Shown here in pieces: positions 21,133-32,632 of a stretch of DNA of 41,375 nucleotides; position 1 is the first letter of the stretch, and the number at the start of each line of letters is the position of its first letter. The position numbers and the translations under genes were made by a program. The notes under the pieces are model-generated. The model was not told the origin of the DNA. It saw only the letters and a program-made list of their open reading frames with translations, and did no database searches. This DNA is from an uncultured Flavobacteriales bacterium (GTDB taxonomy: Bacteria; Bacteroidota; Bacteroidia; Flavobacteriales; BACL11). Location of the stretch: contig CATMIT010000002.1 in NCBI GenBank assembly GCA_950069165.1, positions 1-41,375 of the forward strand, in the 5' to 3' direction.

Positions 21133-21309
21133 TTATTCTACAACTGTTATTAAATGCTTTATTTTACGAACCATTCCTAAAATTTGAGGAGTTGCTTCAT
21201 GTGTAACAGTAGCATTCATTTTTCTAAGTCCTAATGCATCCAAAGTTCTTTTCTGATCTTTAGGTCTGCCAATTCTACTTCTTATCTGTTTTATTTTAAT
21301 TTTCGCCAT
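21133..21309 (-). CDS. rpmD: 50S ribosomal protein uL30
   Basis: Not in the ORF track. My hand translation gives MAKIKIKQIRSRIGRPKDQKRTLDALGLRKMNATVTHEATPQILGMVRKIKHLITVVE* (58 aa). Lies between rpsE and rplO. Confidence 0.9.
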   Translation of the reverse strand: MAKIKIKQIRSRIGRPKDQKRTLDALGLRKMNATVTHEATPQILGMVRKIKHLITVVE

Positions 21310-21321
21310 TTTTGTAAAAAA

Positions 21322-21846
21322 TTATCCGTTAAATACTTTTTCCATACTAATCCCTCTTTGTTTTGCAACATCTCTAGCATCTCTTAATTCTAAAAGCGCT
21401 TTAAGTGTTGCTTTTACTAAGTTATGGGGATTGGAAGAACCTTTCGATTTTGCCAATACATCCGTTACTCCAGCGCTTTCTAAAACGGCACGCATTGCGC
21501 CTCCGGCTTTTACACCTGTACCATGAGAAGCAGGTTTGATAAATACATGAGCACCACCAAACTTAGTAGTTTGTTCATGCGGAATCGTTCCTTTATAAAC
21601 TGGAACTCTTACCAGGTTTTTCTTGGCAGCATCAATGGCTTTTGATATGGCTGTCGAAACATCTTTCGATTTGCCAAGACCAATACCAACTACTCCATCT
21701 CCATTTCCAACAACTACAATTGCCGAAAAACCAAATGTACGACCACCTTTGGTAACTTTCGTTACTCTTTGCACACCAACCAACCGATCAGTTAATTCAA
21801 TGTCTCCTGATGGTTTTACTCTTTTACTGTCTGAATATTTAAACAT
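21322..21846 (-). CDS. rpsE: 30S ribosomal protein uS5
   Basis: 174 aa containing [27 protein letters not shown]. Confidence 0.95.
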   Translation of the reverse strand: MFKYSDSKRVKPSGDIELTDRLVGVQRVTKVTKGGRTFGFSAIVVVGNGDGVVGIGLGKSKDVSTAISKAIDAAKKNLVRVPVYKGTIPHEQTTKFGGAHVFIKPASHGTGVKAGGAMRAVLESAGVTDVLAKSKGSSNPHNLVKATLKALLELRDARDVAKQRGISMEKVFNG

Positions 21847-21852
21847 ATCTTA

Positions 21853-22206
21853 TTAAAATTTTAATCCTATTTCACGAGCAGCTTCTGCCAATGCCTTCAC
21901 TCTTCCATGAAAAATAAATCCTCCTCTGTCAAATTTTACCGTATTCACTCCCACCTGTTTTGCTTTCTCTCCAATTAAAGAACCAACTAGTTTGGCTTGT
22001 TCTATTTTAGTAACTTTTTTACCTTCAAATGATTTATCTCTTGATGAGGCGGCCACAATTGTGTGTCCAGTAATATCATCAATAAGTTGGGCGTAAATTT
22101 GTTTGTTACTCCTAAACACAGCAAGTCTTGGCAAATCAGCAGTCCCTTTAATGGTTTTTCTGATTCTGTATCTTATGTTTTGTCTTTTATCTTTTTTCGA
22201 TTTCAT
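21853..22206 (-). CDS. rplR: 50S ribosomal protein uL18
   Basis: 117 aa with [18 protein letters not shown] and [21 protein letters not shown]. Confidence 0.95.
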   Translation of the reverse strand: MKSKKDKRQNIRYRIRKTIKGTADLPRLAVFRSNKQIYAQLIDDITGHTIVAASSRDKSFEGKKVTKIEQAKLVGSLIGEKAKQVGVNTVKFDRGGFIFHGRVKALAEAAREIGLKF

Positions 22207-22220
22207 TTTATTTCTTTTAT

Positions 22221-22778
22221 TTACGCTCCGACAGCAGCAGTTTTACCAGCTTTTCTTCTTATTTGTTCTCCTACAAATCGGATACCTTTTCCTTTGTATG
22301 GTTCGGGTTTTCTGAATGAACGAATTTTAGCAGCCACTACACCAATCAGTTGTTTGTCGTGTGAATTAAGAAGAATAATAGGTGCTTTTCCTTTTTCCGA
22401 TTCGCAACTTACCTTTACCTCTTCTGGAACTTCAAAAATAATATTGTGAGAAAATCCTACTGATATATCCAATTTTTGACCTTGATTAGATGCTCTGTAA
22501 CCTACCCCAACTAATTCTAATTTTTTGGTATAACCTTTACTAACTCCTTCAATCATATTTGCAATTAATGCTCTGTATAATCCATGTAAAGATCTTTGTT
22601 CCTTTTGATTAGAACTTCTTTCTATAGTGATAATCTTTTCTTGAATATTCACTTTTATACCTTCTACAATTTCTTGCGAAAGTTCCCCTAAAGTTCCTTT
22701 TACAGTAATCACTCCATTAGCTTGGCTAACACTAATACCTTCTGGAATCGTAATTGGGTTTTCTCCTATTCTTGACAT
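22221..22778 (-). CDS. rplF: 50S ribosomal protein uL6
   Basis: 185 aa, [15 protein letters not shown]...GVGYRA...[10 protein letters not shown]. Confidence 0.95.
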   Translation of the reverse strand: MSRIGENPITIPEGISVSQANGVITVKGTLGELSQEIVEGIKVNIQEKIITIERSSNQKEQRSLHGLYRALIANMIEGVSKGYTKKLELVGVGYRASNQGQKLDISVGFSHNIIFEVPEEVKVSCESEKGKAPIILLNSHDKQLIGVVAAKIRSFRKPEPYKGKGIRFVGEQIRRKAGKTAAVGA

Positions 22779-22799
22779 TTTTTCTTTTCTTATCTTTTA

Positions 22800-23201
22800 T
22801 TAATAAACATGACATAATACCTCACCACCCACTTTTTGCACTTTTGCCTCTTTATCAGTCATTACTCCTTTTGAAGTAGAGAGTATGGCTACCCCTAAAC
22901 CATTTAATACTCTCGGCATGGATTTGGTGTCGACATATTTTCTCAGTCCAGGCGTACTTATTCTTATTAGCTTTTTGAAAGCCGCCAGTTTTGTTTGCGG
23001 ATTATATTTTAATGCAATTTTGATATTTCCTTGGTTATTCTCTGTTTCTTCAAATTTATAGTTTAGGATATAGCCCTTATCTTTTAAGATTCTGGTTATT
23101 TCCTTTTTAATATTTGAAGCAGGAATATCCACTACTTTATGAGTCGCTTTTGAAGCGTTTCTCAATCTAGTTAGGTAATCTGCTATTGGATCTGTATTCA
23201 T
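22800..23201 (-). CDS. rpsH: 30S ribosomal protein uS8
   Basis: 133 aa, DPIADYLTRLRNA...GGEVLCHVY. Confidence 0.95.
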   Translation of the reverse strand: MNTDPIADYLTRLRNASKATHKVVDIPASNIKKEITRILKDKGYILNYKFEETENNQGNIKIALKYNPQTKLAAFKKLIRISTPGLRKYVDTKSMPRVLNGLGVAILSTSKGVMTDKEAKVQKVGGEVLCHVY

Positions 23202-23223
23202 TTCTTTCTTTTTATATTTTTAT

Positions 23224-23493
23224 TTACCAACTTGCTTTTTTCACTCCTGGAATCTTACCGAAATTTGCCATTTCACGAAACATAACACGAGAAATACCAA
23301 ATTGTCGCATATAGCCCTTTGGCCTGCCTGTTATTTTACATCTGTTGTGCAAGCGAACAGGAGAAGCATCTCTAGGTAATTTTTGCAATCCTTCATAATC
23401 GCCTGCCTTTTTAAGGGCAGCTCTTTTTTCAGCATATTTATCTACCACTTTTTGTCTTTTTACCTCTCGGGCTTTCATTGATTCTTTAGCCAT
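23224..23493 (-). CDS. rpsN: 30S ribosomal protein uS14 (long form)
   Basis: 89 aa, [13 protein letters not shown]...[24 protein letters not shown]...KKASW. Confidence 0.95.
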   Translation of the reverse strand: MAKESMKAREVKRQKVVDKYAEKRAALKKAGDYEGLQKLPRDASPVRLHNRCKITGRPKGYMRQFGISRVMFREMANFGKIPGVKKASW

Positions 23494-23498
23494 ATATT

Positions 23499-24299
23499 TT
23501 ATTTGTTTTCTGAATTATCAGCTTTAGCCGACTCTTCATTATTATCATTTTTATTTTCTTCTGAATCCGTATCTTCATTTGCTTTAGCTTCTGCATCTTC
23601 TTTGTCTCGTTCTTCTTGAGAAAGTGCAGCTCTTCTATCTGCTTCTTTTTTCTCTTCTTCTTCTGCTGCCTCAGCTCTTGCCGCTTCCTCTGCCTCTCTT
23701 TTAATTGCTTCTTGCTTTTTCTGTTCCGCTTCCTCTGCTTCCTTTCTTGCAGACCCATTATCAGAAAATGGCATACCAAACTCCTTGAGTAAATCAAAAG
23801 CCTCCTCATCTGAATTGGTATCGGTAACTATTGTAATATCCATTCCTGTAATTTTATTAATCTTATCTAAATCAATCTCCTGAAATACAATATGTTCCTT
23901 TATTCCTAAAGTATAATTGCCTCTACCATCAAATCCTTTTTTTGGAACGCCTTTAAAATCTCTAACCCTTGGAAGAGTAGCAGAAATTAACCTATCCAAA
24001 AATTCATACATTTTATTTCCTCTTAAAGTTACCATAATACCAACAGGCATTCCTTTTCTTAAATTAAAATTGGAAATATCTTTTCTCGATTTGGTAATAA
24101 GTGCCTTTTGCCCTGCAATTGCGGACATTTCCTGCTGAGCAGTATCAATAAACTTTTTATCGGTGCTTTCATTTCCAACCCCTTGGTTTAATGAAATCTT
24201 AACCAATTTTGGAACTTGCATTACCGATTTATAATTCACTTTGAGTTTGTTTACAATCTCTGAATTATATTTTTCTTTTAATCTTGGTGTATATGCCAT
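23499..24299 (-). CDS. rplE: 50S ribosomal protein uL5 with a charged C-terminal extension
   Basis: The core, residues 1 to ~178, is typical L5 ([11 protein letters not shown]...[10 protein letters not shown]...[13 protein letters not shown]...LLKEFGMPF). About 88 further residues are rich in E/A/K/R/D/N. Total length is 266 aa. Confidence 0.93.
   Translation of the reverse strand: MAYTPRLKEKYNSEIVNKLKVNYKSVMQVPKLVKISLNQGVGNESTDKKFIDTAQQEMSAIAGQKALITKSRKDISNFNLRKGMPVGIMVTLRGNKMYEFLDRLISATLPRVRDFKGVPKKGFDGRGNYTLGIKEHIVFQEIDLDKINKITGMDITIVTDTNSDEEAFDLLKEFGMPFSDNGSARKEAEEAEQKKQEAIKREAEEAARAEAAEEEEKKEADRRAALSQEERDKEDAEAKANEDTDSEENKNDNNEESAKADNSENK
23502..23765 (-). other. tract encoding the charged tail of uL5 (ER/K-like then D/E/N-rich)
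   Basis: Tail sequence: [88 protein letters not shown]. The coding strand is purine-rich. Confidence 0.85.
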
Positions 24300-24628
24300 T
24301 ATTTTATTACCTCTCCGGATTTTTTTGAATATCTTACTAATTTTCCTGTTTCTTCATCCCTTCTTCTTCCAATTCTTGTTGTATCGCCTGATTTAGGGTC
24401 AACTAACATAAGGTTGGAAATGTGAATGGCCGCTTCTTGTTTGAGAATGCCTCCTTGCGGATTGGCAGCATTTGGCTTGGTATGTTTAGATACCATATTC
24501 GCCCCTTCCACAATTGCTCTGTAATTTTTTCGGTAAACTTTAATTATTTTTCCTTCTTTACCTTTAGAAGCACCAGAGATCACCTTCACAATATCATTCT
24601 TCTTTATTTTTATTTTTACTCTTTCCAT
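24299..24628 (-). CDS. rplX: 50S ribosomal protein uL24
   Basis: 109 aa with a KOW motif ([20 protein letters not shown]). Overlaps the rplE start by 1 nt. Confidence 0.95.
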   Translation of the reverse strand: MERVKIKIKKNDIVKVISGASKGKEGKIIKVYRKNYRAIVEGANMVSKHTKPNAANPQGGILKQEAAIHISNLMLVDPKSGDTTRIGRRRDEETGKLVRYSKKSGEVIK

Positions 24629-24640
24629 TTTCGTAATTTA

Positions 24641-25009
24641 TTATAGCACCTCAGGTGCTAATGAAATAACTTTCATATAATTATGTTCTCTCAGCTCTCT
24701 TGCAACAGGTCCGAATACACGCGTTCCTCTCATCTCTCCATTTTCATCAAGTAGAACACAAGAGTTATCGTCAAAGCGAATGTAAGAACCATCTTTTCTT
24801 CTAACTTCTTTTCTAGTTCTAACTACCACCGCTTTTGTAATTTGCCCTTTTTTTACGTCTCCAGAAGGATCAGCATGTTTTACTGTTACTACAATTTTAT
24901 CGCCTAATGAAGCGTATCGTTTTTTTGTACCTCCTAATACTCGGATACATAGTACTTCTTTTGCACCACTATTATCAGCAACTTTTAATCTGGATTCTTG
25001 TTGTATCAT
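24641..25009 (-). CDS. rplN: 50S ribosomal protein uL14
   Basis: 122 aa, [27 protein letters not shown]. Confidence 0.95.
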   Translation of the reverse strand: MIQQESRLKVADNSGAKEVLCIRVLGGTKKRYASLGDKIVVTVKHADPSGDVKKGQITKAVVVRTRKEVRRKDGSYIRFDDNSCVLLDENGEMRGTRVFGPVARELREHNYMKVISLAPEVL

Positions 25010-25010
25010 T

Positions 25011-25268
25011 TTATTTAGCTCTTTCTAAGATTTCTACTAATCTCCATTTTTTGTTTTTGCTCAAAGGACGCGTTTCCATAATCCTTACTTTATCACCCTC
25101 ATTACAAGTATTTTCCCCATCATGAGCAACTAACTTATTACTCTTTTTTACAAATTTTTCGTAAAGAGGATGTTTTACTTTTCGCTCAACAACCACTACA
25201 ATGGATTTTTCCATTTTGTTGCTCGATACTATGCCTATTCTTTCTTTTCTTACTTTTCTACTGTCCAT
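25011..25268 (-). CDS. rpsQ: 30S ribosomal protein uS17
   Basis: 85 aa containing [14 protein letters not shown] and [23 protein letters not shown]. Confidence 0.95.
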   Translation of the reverse strand: MDSRKVRKERIGIVSSNKMEKSIVVVVERKVKHPLYEKFVKKSNKLVAHDGENTCNEGDKVRIMETRPLSKNKKWRLVEILERAK

Positions 25269-25270
25269 TT

Positions 25271-25480
25271 TTATTTAGTTTTTTGAACTTGTGCAATCTC
25301 TCTTCTTCTTATTTCAGTCATTATTCTTGCAATTGTTCTTTTAGTAAATCGGATTTGATGCGGATTTTCCAAAGGAGATACAGCATGACTCATCTTCATC
25401 TTTGCCAATCTATCTCTTTCCTCTGAGAGTAGATCACTGATTTCATTATCTGGCATTTCTATTAATACATTTGATTTCAT
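25271..25480 (-). CDS. rpmC: 50S ribosomal protein uL29
   Basis: 69 aa. Lies between rplP and rpsQ, with the typical helical L29 sequence ([15 protein letters not shown]). Confidence 0.9.
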   Translation of the reverse strand: MKSNVLIEMPDNEISDLLSEERDRLAKMKMSHAVSPLENPHQIRFTKRTIARIMTEIRRREIAQVQKTK

Positions 25481-25484
25481 CTGC

Positions 25485-25913
25485 TTATTTTACTTTTATT
25501 TTATAGTCTCTTTTTACAATAAACTTTGTTTTGATTGGTAGTTTTTGTGCAGCTAGCCTTAAAGCTTCTTTTGCAGATTCAAAATCTACTCCATCAATTT
25601 CAAATAAGATTCTTCCTGGCCTAACCACAGCTGCCCAATATTCTGGTGCTCCCTTGCCTTTTCCCATTCTAACTTCTGCAGGTTTTTTGGTAACCGGCTT
25701 GTCAGGGAAAATCCTAATCCAAACTTGCCCTTGCCTTTTCATTTGCCTTGTTACTGCAATACGGGCTGCCTCAATCTGACGAGCTGTCATCCAACATTCT
25801 TCTAATGCTTTTATGCCAAATGTTCCAAAATTTAATCTATTCCCCCTTTGGGCATTCCCTTTCATTTTGCCTTTCTGCATTTTTCTGAATTTCGTTTTCT
25901 TTGGCTGTAACAT
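25485..25913 (-). CDS. rplP: 50S ribosomal protein uL16
   Basis: 142 aa, [15 protein letters not shown]...[16 protein letters not shown]. Confidence 0.95.
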   Translation of the reverse strand: MLQPKKTKFRKMQKGKMKGNAQRGNRLNFGTFGIKALEECWMTARQIEAARIAVTRQMKRQGQVWIRIFPDKPVTKKPAEVRMGKGKGAPEYWAAVVRPGRILFEIDGVDFESAKEALRLAAQKLPIKTKFIVKRDYKIKVK

Positions 25914-25938
25914 TTTTTATTTCTTTTATCTTTTATTG

Positions 25939-26637
25939 TTATCTTCTTCTAGGTCTTCTGTCGTTTCCTTTTTTAGATTTTCCACTCTTGAAATGAAGCA
26001 TCAAATCTCTTTTTCCGTAAACCTCTCCTCTACAAATCCAAACTTTCACCCCAATTTTACCATAGGTAGTTTGAGCTTCTGCTAGAGCATAATCAATATC
26101 AGCACGGAAAGTATGCAGTGGTGTTCTTCCATCTTTAAACATTTCTGATCTTGCCATTTCTGCACCATTCAATCTGCCAGAAATTTGTACTTTTATACCT
26201 TCAGCACCCATTCTCATTGTGGAAGCAATAGACATTTTAATTGCTCTTTTGTAGGAGATTCTTCCTTCTATTTGACGGGCAATACCATTTGCTACCAAAG
26301 TAGATTCCAATTCTGGACGCTTTACTTCAAAAATATTTATTTGAACATCTTTTTTGGTTAGCTTTTTCAATTCCGCCTTCAATGTTTCCACTTCTTGTCC
26401 GCCTTTTCCAATAATAATTCCGGGCCGTGCTGTATGAATAGTTACGGTAATCATTTTCATGGTTCGCTCAATAGGAATTCGTGATACACTAGCTCTGGCA
26501 AGTCGAATATTAATGTACTTTCTTATCTTATCATCTTCAGCAAGTTTATCACCAAAATCTTTACCGCCATACCAATTTGACTCCCAACCTCTGATGTAGC
26601 CCAATCTGTTTCCTATCGGATTTGTTTTTTGTCCCAT
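25939..26637 (-). CDS. rpsC: 30S ribosomal protein uS3
   Basis: 232 aa, [13 protein letters not shown], with a KH domain and a basic tail. Confidence 0.95.
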   Translation of the reverse strand: MGQKTNPIGNRLGYIRGWESNWYGGKDFGDKLAEDDKIRKYINIRLARASVSRIPIERTMKMITVTIHTARPGIIIGKGGQEVETLKAELKKLTKKDVQINIFEVKRPELESTLVANGIARQIEGRISYKRAIKMSIASTMRMGAEGIKVQISGRLNGAEMARSEMFKDGRTPLHTFRADIDYALAEAQTTYGKIGVKVWICRGEVYGKRDLMLHFKSGKSKKGNDRRPRRR

Positions 26638-26638
26638 A

Positions 26639-27046
26639 TTAATTATTATCTGTATTTCTACTATCTACCACTAATGTTACATGGTTAGACCTTTTTCTAA
26701 TTCTGTGTGCTCTACCTTGTGGTGCTGGCCGTACTCTTTTTAGCATTCTTCCGCTATCCACTTTTACTTCACAAATATATAAGCTGCTTTCATCCATTCT
26801 TTTTCCCTCATTTTTCGCTTCCCAATTTGCCAAAGCTGAAAGTAAAAGTTTCTCCATTCTACCAGAAGCCTCTTTCGGATTAAGTTTTAATTCACTTAAG
26901 GCTCTTTCCACATCCATTCCTCTAATCAAATCGGCAATTAGCCTCATTTTTCTTGGAGAAGTAGGACAATTATTGAGCTTAGCAAAAGCTATTTTCTTTT
27001 TTGCTTCTTTCCTTACGTTCGCACTATTTCTTTTTCTTACACCCAT
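26639..27046 (-). CDS. rplV: 50S ribosomal protein uL22
   Basis: 135 aa containing [14 protein letters not shown] and [22 protein letters not shown]. Confidence 0.95.
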   Translation of the reverse strand: MGVRKRNSANVRKEAKKKIAFAKLNNCPTSPRKMRLIADLIRGMDVERALSELKLNPKEASGRMEKLLLSALANWEAKNEGKRMDESSLYICEVKVDSGRMLKRVRPAPQGRAHRIRKRSNHVTLVVDSRNTDNN

Positions 27047-27051
27047 TTTTT

Positions 27052-27318
27052 CTATTTTCTGTTACCTGAATGACCTCTAAAAGTTCTTGTTGGAGAAAAT
27101 TCTCCTAATTTATGCCCTACCATATTTTCAGTAATAAATACCGGAATAAATTGTCGCCCATTATGTACTGCAATGGTTTTTCCTACAAAATCAGGAGTTA
27201 TCATTGATGCTCGTGACCAAGTTTTTACTACCGTATTTTTGCCAGATTCATTCATTGCATCAATTTTTCTCTGCAATTTAAAGTGTACAAACGGTCCTTT
27301 TTTTAACGATCGTGCCAT
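27052..27318 (-). CDS. rpsS: 30S ribosomal protein uS19
   Basis: 88 aa, [11 protein letters not shown]...[16 protein letters not shown]. Confidence 0.95.
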   Translation of the reverse strand: MARSLKKGPFVHFKLQRKIDAMNESGKNTVVKTWSRASMITPDFVGKTIAVHNGRQFIPVFITENMVGHKLGEFSPTRTFRGHSGNRK

Positions 27319-27321
27319 AGT

Positions 27322-28149
27322 TTATTTCTTTTTCCTTCTTTCAATTATATACTTGTTTGATGGCTTTTTCTTGGATCTTGTTTTGAATCCTTTTGCCGGA
27401 ATTCCATTTTTACTTCTTGGATGCCCACCAGAGGCTTTCCCTTCACCACCACCCATTGGATGATCGACAGGATTCATAGCAACTGGTCTTGTTCTTGGTC
27501 TTCTTCCTAGCCATCTGTTCCTTCCAGCTTTTCCTTTTCTTGACAATTGAGCCTCCGCATTAGAAACAGAACCAATAGTTGCCATACATGTTACTAATAT
27601 TTGTCTTATCTCACCAGAAGTTAATTTGATAGTCGCATATTTTCCGTCCCTTGCCATAAGTTGTGCAAATGCACCCGCACTTCTTACCATGAGTGCTCCT
27701 TGACTTGGTCTTAATTCCAAATTATGAATAATTGTACCAAGAGGAATTTCGCTAAGAGGCAATGCATTTCCTATTTCGATTGGAGATCCTTTACCTGAAA
27801 CAACTTCCGTTCCTACCGTTAAACCATGAGGAGCAATAATATATCTTTTCTCTCCATCAACATAATGTAAAAGCGCAATGTTGGCAGTTCTATTCGGATC
27901 ATACTCAATGGTAGCAACCCTAGCAGGAACGCCAAACTTTTCTCTTTTAAAATCAATTTCTCTGTATCTTCTTTTATGTCCGCCACCAACATGTTGGATT
28001 GTCATTTTACCTCTATCGTTTCTACCCCCTGTTTTTTTATACTTTTTTAGCAAGCTTTTTTCAGGAGTTGACGTGGTAATTGTATCATAGGAAAGCACAA
28101 TTCTGTGCCTTTGCCCTGGTGTTGTTGGTTTTAATTTTCGTACTGCCAT
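27322..28149 (-). CDS. rplB: 50S ribosomal protein uL2
   Basis: 275 aa containing [13 protein letters not shown] and [13 protein letters not shown]. Confidence 0.95.
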   Translation of the reverse strand: MAVRKLKPTTPGQRHRIVLSYDTITTSTPEKSLLKKYKKTGGRNDRGKMTIQHVGGGHKRRYREIDFKREKFGVPARVATIEYDPNRTANIALLHYVDGEKRYIIAPHGLTVGTEVVSGKGSPIEIGNALPLSEIPLGTIIHNLELRPSQGALMVRSAGAFAQLMARDGKYATIKLTSGEIRQILVTCMATIGSVSNAEAQLSRKGKAGRNRWLGRRPRTRPVAMNPVDHPMGGGEGKASGGHPRSKNGIPAKGFKTRSKKKPSNKYIIERRKKK

Positions 28150-28155
28150 TTTTAT

Positions 28156-28446
28156 TTAAATATTGCTATAAAAATCGATTGTGTCACCATCTGCTAATTG
28201 TACAATCGCTTTTTTGAAAGTTTTAGTTTTTCCAATTATTTGTCCTGATTTTGTTCCCCTCATTCTTTTTTTGCCAATACAAACCATGGTTTTTACACTA
28301 TCGACAGTAACATTATAGGCCTTTTCCACTTCCTTTTTTATCTCTATCTTGTTGGCATTTCTGTCTACAACAAAACCAAAACGATTGAACTTTTCTCCTT
28401 GTTCAGTCATTTTTTCAGTAATTATTGGTTTTATTAAAATACTCAT
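28156..28446 (-). CDS. rplW: 50S ribosomal protein uL23
   Basis: 96 aa. Typical L23 sequence, lying between rplD and rplB. Confidence 0.93.
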   Translation of the reverse strand: MSILIKPIITEKMTEQGEKFNRFGFVVDRNANKIEIKKEVEKAYNVTVDSVKTMVCIGKKRMRGTKSGQIIGKTKTFKKAIVQLADGDTIDFYSNI

Positions 28447-28447
28447 T

Positions 28448-29077
28448 TTATTTATTTAAAGTTTCTTCAATTTCTTTTACCGATCCTTCCAAAATTAGCA
28501 AGGTATTGGCATTCATAATATCGTAAGTGCAAAGATTAGAAGCCATAACTACTTTTGCTTTTTTCAAATTATTGGAAGACAAAACAATATTAGCATTTGC
28601 TTCAGGAAGAACCATTAAAGTTTTGCTATTTGCTTGTTCCAAATTATTCAAAATATTCAAATAATCTTTTGTTTTAGGGGTATCAAAAGTGAAATCTTCT
28701 AAAACAATGATGTTATTATCTTTTGCCTTATATGTGAGTGCTGATTTTCTGGCTAATCGTTTTACTTTTTTATTTAGTTTGGAATCATAGTCTCTTGGTT
28801 TTGGACCAAAAATTCTACCCCCACCTCTAAAAATAGGATTCTTAATATCCCCAACCCTTGCCATACCACTCCCTTTTTGTTTTCTAATTTTCCTGCGGCT
28901 TCCGGTAATTTCTCCTCTTTCTTTGGTTTTGCTTGTTCCTGATCTTTGGTTTACCAAGTATTGTTTTACATCCAAATAAATAGCATGATCATTTGGCTCA
29001 ATACCAAAAATATCCTTTTTCAAATCTACTTTTTTTGATGTCTCTTTTCCTTTTATGTTATGTACTACTACTTTCAT
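28448..29077 (-). CDS. rplD: 50S ribosomal protein uL4
   Basis: 209 aa containing KQKGSGMARVGDIKNPIFRGGGRIFGPKPRDY. Confidence 0.95.
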   Translation of the reverse strand: MKVVVHNIKGKETSKKVDLKKDIFGIEPNDHAIYLDVKQYLVNQRSGTSKTKERGEITGSRRKIRKQKGSGMARVGDIKNPIFRGGGRIFGPKPRDYDSKLNKKVKRLARKSALTYKAKDNNIIVLEDFTFDTPKTKDYLNILNNLEQANSKTLMVLPEANANIVLSSNNLKKAKVVMASNLCTYDIMNANTLLILEGSVKEIEETLNK

Positions 29078-29694
29078 TATTTCTCAATTATTACATACGA
29101 ATTATTAGCGCCCGGAACAGCTCCTTTTACTAAAACAATGTTTTTCTCTGGCATTACTTTCAGCACTTGCAAATTCTCCACTTTAACCCTAGCATTTCCC
29201 ATTTGTCCGCCCATTCGCATTCCTTTGAATACTCGTGCAGGATAAGATGCCGCACCAATAGAACCAGGATGCCTTTGTCTGTTATGCTGGCCGTGAGTTG
29301 CATCATTTACCCCCTTAAAACCATGTCTTTTCACAACCCCTTGAAACCCTTTACCTTTAGATGTCCCTGCGACCGTTACAAAAGATCCTTCTTCTAAAAT
29401 ATCAACAGTAATGGTATCTCCTAAATTTACTTCCTCCTCAGGCATTTCAAATTCTACCAATTTTCTTTTTGGTGTAGTTTTTGCTTTTTGGAAATGCCCA
29501 GCAAGCGCTTTTGTCATTCTTCTTTCTTTTTGCTCATCAAAAGCGAGTTGCACAGCAGTATAACCATCTACTTCCTCTGTTTTTAACTGAGTAACCACAC
29601 AAGGTCCTGCCTGAATGATAGTACAAGGAATATTTTTCCCTTCCTCATTAAAGATACTTGTCATTCCTATTTTTTTACCTATTAAACCTGGCAT
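29077..29694 (-). CDS. rplC: 50S ribosomal protein uL3
   Basis: 205 aa, [15 protein letters not shown]...[13 protein letters not shown]...[12 protein letters not shown]. Confidence 0.95.
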   Translation of the reverse strand: MPGLIGKKIGMTSIFNEEGKNIPCTIIQAGPCVVTQLKTEEVDGYTAVQLAFDEQKERRMTKALAGHFQKAKTTPKRKLVEFEMPEEEVNLGDTITVDILEEGSFVTVAGTSKGKGFQGVVKRHGFKGVNDATHGQHNRQRHPGSIGAASYPARVFKGMRMGGQMGNARVKVENLQVLKVMPEKNIVLVKGAVPGANNSYVIIEK

Positions 29695-29705
29695 CTTTTC
29701 TTTTT

Positions 29706-30014
29706 TTAAATTACTTTAATTTCTACATGAACTCCACTCGGAAGTTCTAATTTCATTAGCGCATCAATCGTTTTGGAAGATGAGCTATATATGTCCATCA
29801 ATCTTTTATGGTCTGAAAGCTGAAACTGCTCTCTGGATTGTTTGTTCACATGAGGAGAACGCAAAACGGTATAAATCTGTTTGTGCGTTGGAAGTGGAAT
29901 TGGACCACTAACTATGGCACCTGAATTTTTTACTGTTTTTGCAATTTTTGCAGCTGATTGATCAACAAGCGTGTGATCAAATGATTTTAGTTTTATTCTA
30001 ATTCTTTGCGACAT
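29706..30014 (-). CDS. rpsJ: 30S ribosomal protein uS10
   Basis: 102 aa from the internal ATG ([20 protein letters not shown]...). The ORF-track extension to 30119 overlaps the fusA 3' end and is not credible. The start lies 4 nt after the fusA stop. Confidence 0.93.
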   Translation of the reverse strand: MSQRIRIKLKSFDHTLVDQSAAKIAKTVKNSGAIVSGPIPLPTHKQIYTVLRSPHVNKQSREQFQLSDHKRLMDIYSSSSKTIDALMKLELPSGVHVEIKVI

Positions 30015-30018
30015 ATAT

Positions 30019-32130
30019 TTAGTTTTGTAGTACTGTTCCTTTAATTTTTTCAATAACTGCTTCTGCAATATTTTTTGGTGCTGGCCGATATTCAGCAAAC
30101 TCCATGGTTGAAGTTGCACGCCCAGATGTAATGGTTCTTAAAGCAGTTACATAACCAAACATTTCAGAAAGAGGCACTTTTGCATTTACTACTTGTGCGC
30201 CCGCTCTGGAATCCATACCTTCCAATTGTCCTCTTCTTCTGTTCAAATCGGCAACTACATCACCTGTATTTGCTTCCGGAGTTACTACTTCTAATTTCAT
30301 AATTGGCTCAAGCAATACAGGTTTTGCTTGCTTACATGCCCCTTTAAAAGCAATTTTAGCGCATATCTCAAACGATAAAGAATCTGAATCTACATCATGA
30401 TAAGACCCATCAAATAATCTTACCTTCATGGTATCGATAGGATAACCTGCTAAAACGCCATTTTGCATAGCCATCTCAAAACCTTTCTGCACTGATGGGA
30501 TAAATTCTCTTGGAATATTTCCACCTTTTATTTCGTTTACAAATTGTAAGCCCTCTCCTTCAAAATCAGCATCTACTGGCGATAATTCAAATTGAATATC
30601 GGCAAATTTACCTCTACCACCCGATTGTTTTTTGTAAATTTCTCTTGTTGTTATTGAGGTTGTAATCGTTTCTTTATAGGACACTTCTGGAGCCCCTTGA
30701 TTACATTCTACTTTAAATTCTCTTTTTAATCTATCTAAAATGATTTCTAAGTGAAGCTCGCCCATCCCAGAAATAATAGTCTGGTTAGAATCTTGATCTG
30801 TTCGGATTGTAAAAGTAGGATCTTCCTCAGCCAATTTACCCAAGGCGATACCCAATTTATCTACATCCGCTTGCGTTTTTGGTTCAATAGCAACCCCAAT
30901 TACAGGATCTGGGAAAGTCATGGATTCCAATGTAATTGGCTTATCCTGATATAAAGTATCACCAGTTCTGATATCTTTAAATCCAACTGCTGCTCCTATA
31001 TCACCAGCTTCTATACTATCAATAGCATTTTGTTTGTTGGAGTGCATTTGAAAAATTCTTGAAATTCTTTCTTTTTTGTTCGTTCTGGAATTCATCACAT
31101 AAGAACCCGCATCTAATTTACCAGAATACATTCTTAAAAAACATAAACGACCAACATAAGGATCGGTAGCAATTTTAAATGCCAAAGCTGACATTGGTGC
31201 ATTAGCATCAGGATCTCTTGTTTCCACTCCATCAGTATCCGGATGAACTCCTTCAACAGCTCCAACATCCAGTGGGCTAGGAAGATAGGACATAACCGCA
31301 TCCAGCATAGTTTGAACTCCTTTGTTTTTAAAAGCAGAACCGCAAAGTATTGGCGTAATATCCATAGCAATAGTAGCTTTTCGAATTGCATTCATCAATT
31401 CATCTTCTGTAATGGATTCTGCATCCTCAAAATATTTTTCTAATAGTGTATCATCTTGTTCAGCAACAGCTTCTACTAATTTACCTCTCCACTCTTCCAC
31501 TGTATCTTTCAAATCTTCAGGAATATCAATTTCTTTAAAAGTCATTCCCATATCCTCTTCATTCCAAACGATTGCTTTATTATTGATTAAATCAACAACT
31601 CCTCTGAAATCTTCTTCCGAACCGATAGGAACTTGCAAAGGAACAGGATTTGCTCCTAAACGTTCTCTTATCTGGCTTACCGCTTCAAAAAAGTCGGCAC
31701 CAGAACGGTCCATTTTATTTACAAAACCTATTCTTGGCACATTGTATTTATCTGCTTGTCTCCACACAGTTTCTGATTGTGGCTCCACACCGCCAACCGC
31801 ACAAAAAAGTGCAACCGCACCATCCAATACTCTAAGTGAACGCTCTACCTCAACGGTAAAATCCACATGGCCTGGAGTATCAATGATGTTCATTTTATAC
31901 TCATTTCCTCTGTATTCCCAGAAAGTAGTAGTAGCTGCAGAGGTAATGGTAATTCCTCTTTCTTGCTCTTGTTCCATCCAATCCATAGTAGCGGCACCAT
32001 CATGCACCTCACCAATTTTATGCGAAATTCCTGTATAATACAAGATTCTTTCGGTAGTAGTGGTTTTACCGGCATCAATGTGTGCCATGATGCCAATGTT
32101 TCGAGTATATGTTAAATCCTGTTTAGCCAT
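30019..32130 (-). CDS. fusA: translation elongation factor G (canonical)
   Basis: 703 aa. Canonical GTPase motifs AHIDAGKTT (G1), RGITI (G2), DTPGHVDF (G3), NKMD (G4) and GSAFKNKG (G5). Domain IV contains [10 protein letters not shown]. Confidence 0.96.
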   Translation of the reverse strand: MAKQDLTYTRNIGIMAHIDAGKTTTTERILYYTGISHKIGEVHDGAATMDWMEQEQERGITITSAATTTFWEYRGNEYKMNIIDTPGHVDFTVEVERSLRVLDGAVALFCAVGGVEPQSETVWRQADKYNVPRIGFVNKMDRSGADFFEAVSQIRERLGANPVPLQVPIGSEEDFRGVVDLINNKAIVWNEEDMGMTFKEIDIPEDLKDTVEEWRGKLVEAVAEQDDTLLEKYFEDAESITEDELMNAIRKATIAMDITPILCGSAFKNKGVQTMLDAVMSYLPSPLDVGAVEGVHPDTDGVETRDPDANAPMSALAFKIATDPYVGRLCFLRMYSGKLDAGSYVMNSRTNKKERISRIFQMHSNKQNAIDSIEAGDIGAAVGFKDIRTGDTLYQDKPITLESMTFPDPVIGVAIEPKTQADVDKLGIALGKLAEEDPTFTIRTDQDSNQTIISGMGELHLEIILDRLKREFKVECNQGAPEVSYKETITTSITTREIYKKQSGGRGKFADIQFELSPVDADFEGEGLQFVNEIKGGNIPREFIPSVQKGFEMAMQNGVLAGYPIDTMKVRLFDGSYHDVDSDSLSFEICAKIAFKGACKQAKPVLLEPIMKLEVVTPEANTGDVVADLNRRRGQLEGMDSRAGAQVVNAKVPLSEMFGYVTALRTITSGRATSTMEFAEYRPAPKNIAEAVIEKIKGTVLQN

Positions 32131-32145
32131 TTTTAATTAATCAAT

Positions 32146-32616
32146 TTAAAACCTGAAATGAGCGAATGCTTTATTAGCTTCTGCCATTCTGTGGGTGTCT
32201 TGTTTCTTTTTAAATGTAGCCCCTTCTTCTTTGTAAGCAGCTAATATCTCACCTGCCAATCTCTCGCACATTGTTTTTTCATTCCTTTTTCTTGTAAAGC
32301 CAATCATCCATTTCATTCCTAATGAAATTTTTCTGTCATCTCTTACAGGTTGAGGGATTTGAAATGTTGCCCCTCCAATCCTTCTGCTTCTTACCTCAAC
32401 AGCAGGCATTATATTTTCTAATGCTTTTTCCCAAACTGCAACTGCTTCTTCCTCTGTTACTTTGGTTGATATAATATCCATTGCATCATAAAAAATTTGA
32501 TAAGCAGTATTTTTTCTGCCATCAAACATCAAGTTATTTACAAACCTTGTGATTAAGGTGTTTCCAAACTTTGGATCTGGTAATAGAATTCTTTTTTTAG
32601 CTCTTCCTTTTCTCAT
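32146..32616 (-). CDS. rpsG: 30S ribosomal protein uS7
   Basis: 156 aa, MRKGRAKKRILLPDPKFGN, ending ...AFAHFRF. Confidence 0.95.
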   Translation of the reverse strand: MRKGRAKKRILLPDPKFGNTLITRFVNNLMFDGRKNTAYQIFYDAMDIISTKVTEEEAVAVWEKALENIMPAVEVRSRRIGGATFQIPQPVRDDRKISLGMKWMIGFTRKRNEKTMCERLAGEILAAYKEEGATFKKKQDTHRMAEANKAFAHFRF

Positions 32617-32632
32617 TTGTTAAAATAGTAAA

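Noticed and set aside
23486-23809. 107-aa Lys/Arg-rich ORF ([11 protein letters not shown]...[11 protein letters not shown]...) on the minus strand, overlapping the uL5 tail and the rpsN start
   Set aside because: It is simply another frame of the GAA/GCA-rich tract that encodes the uL5 acidic tail: shifting GAAGAA by one base gives AAG/AGA. It overlaps two highly conserved genes, has no independent start context and shows no domain features.
30015-30119. ORF-track N-terminal extension of rpsJ (35 extra residues) overlapping the 3' end of fusA
   Set aside because: uS10 homologs begin at [10 protein letters not shown]. The extension has no homology and would overlap 101 nt of fusA. The internal ATG at 30014 gives the canonical 102-aa protein.
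31322-32038. 238-aa Ser-rich plus-strand ORF antisense to fusA, plus similar antisense ORFs inside ppsA, eno, gltA, secY, rplR/rplF and the EF-G paralog
   Set aside because: These lie in the frame opposite a strongly codon-biased, highly conserved gene. Their composition is low-complexity (S/I/L-rich) with no motifs. This is the classic shadow-ORF artefact.
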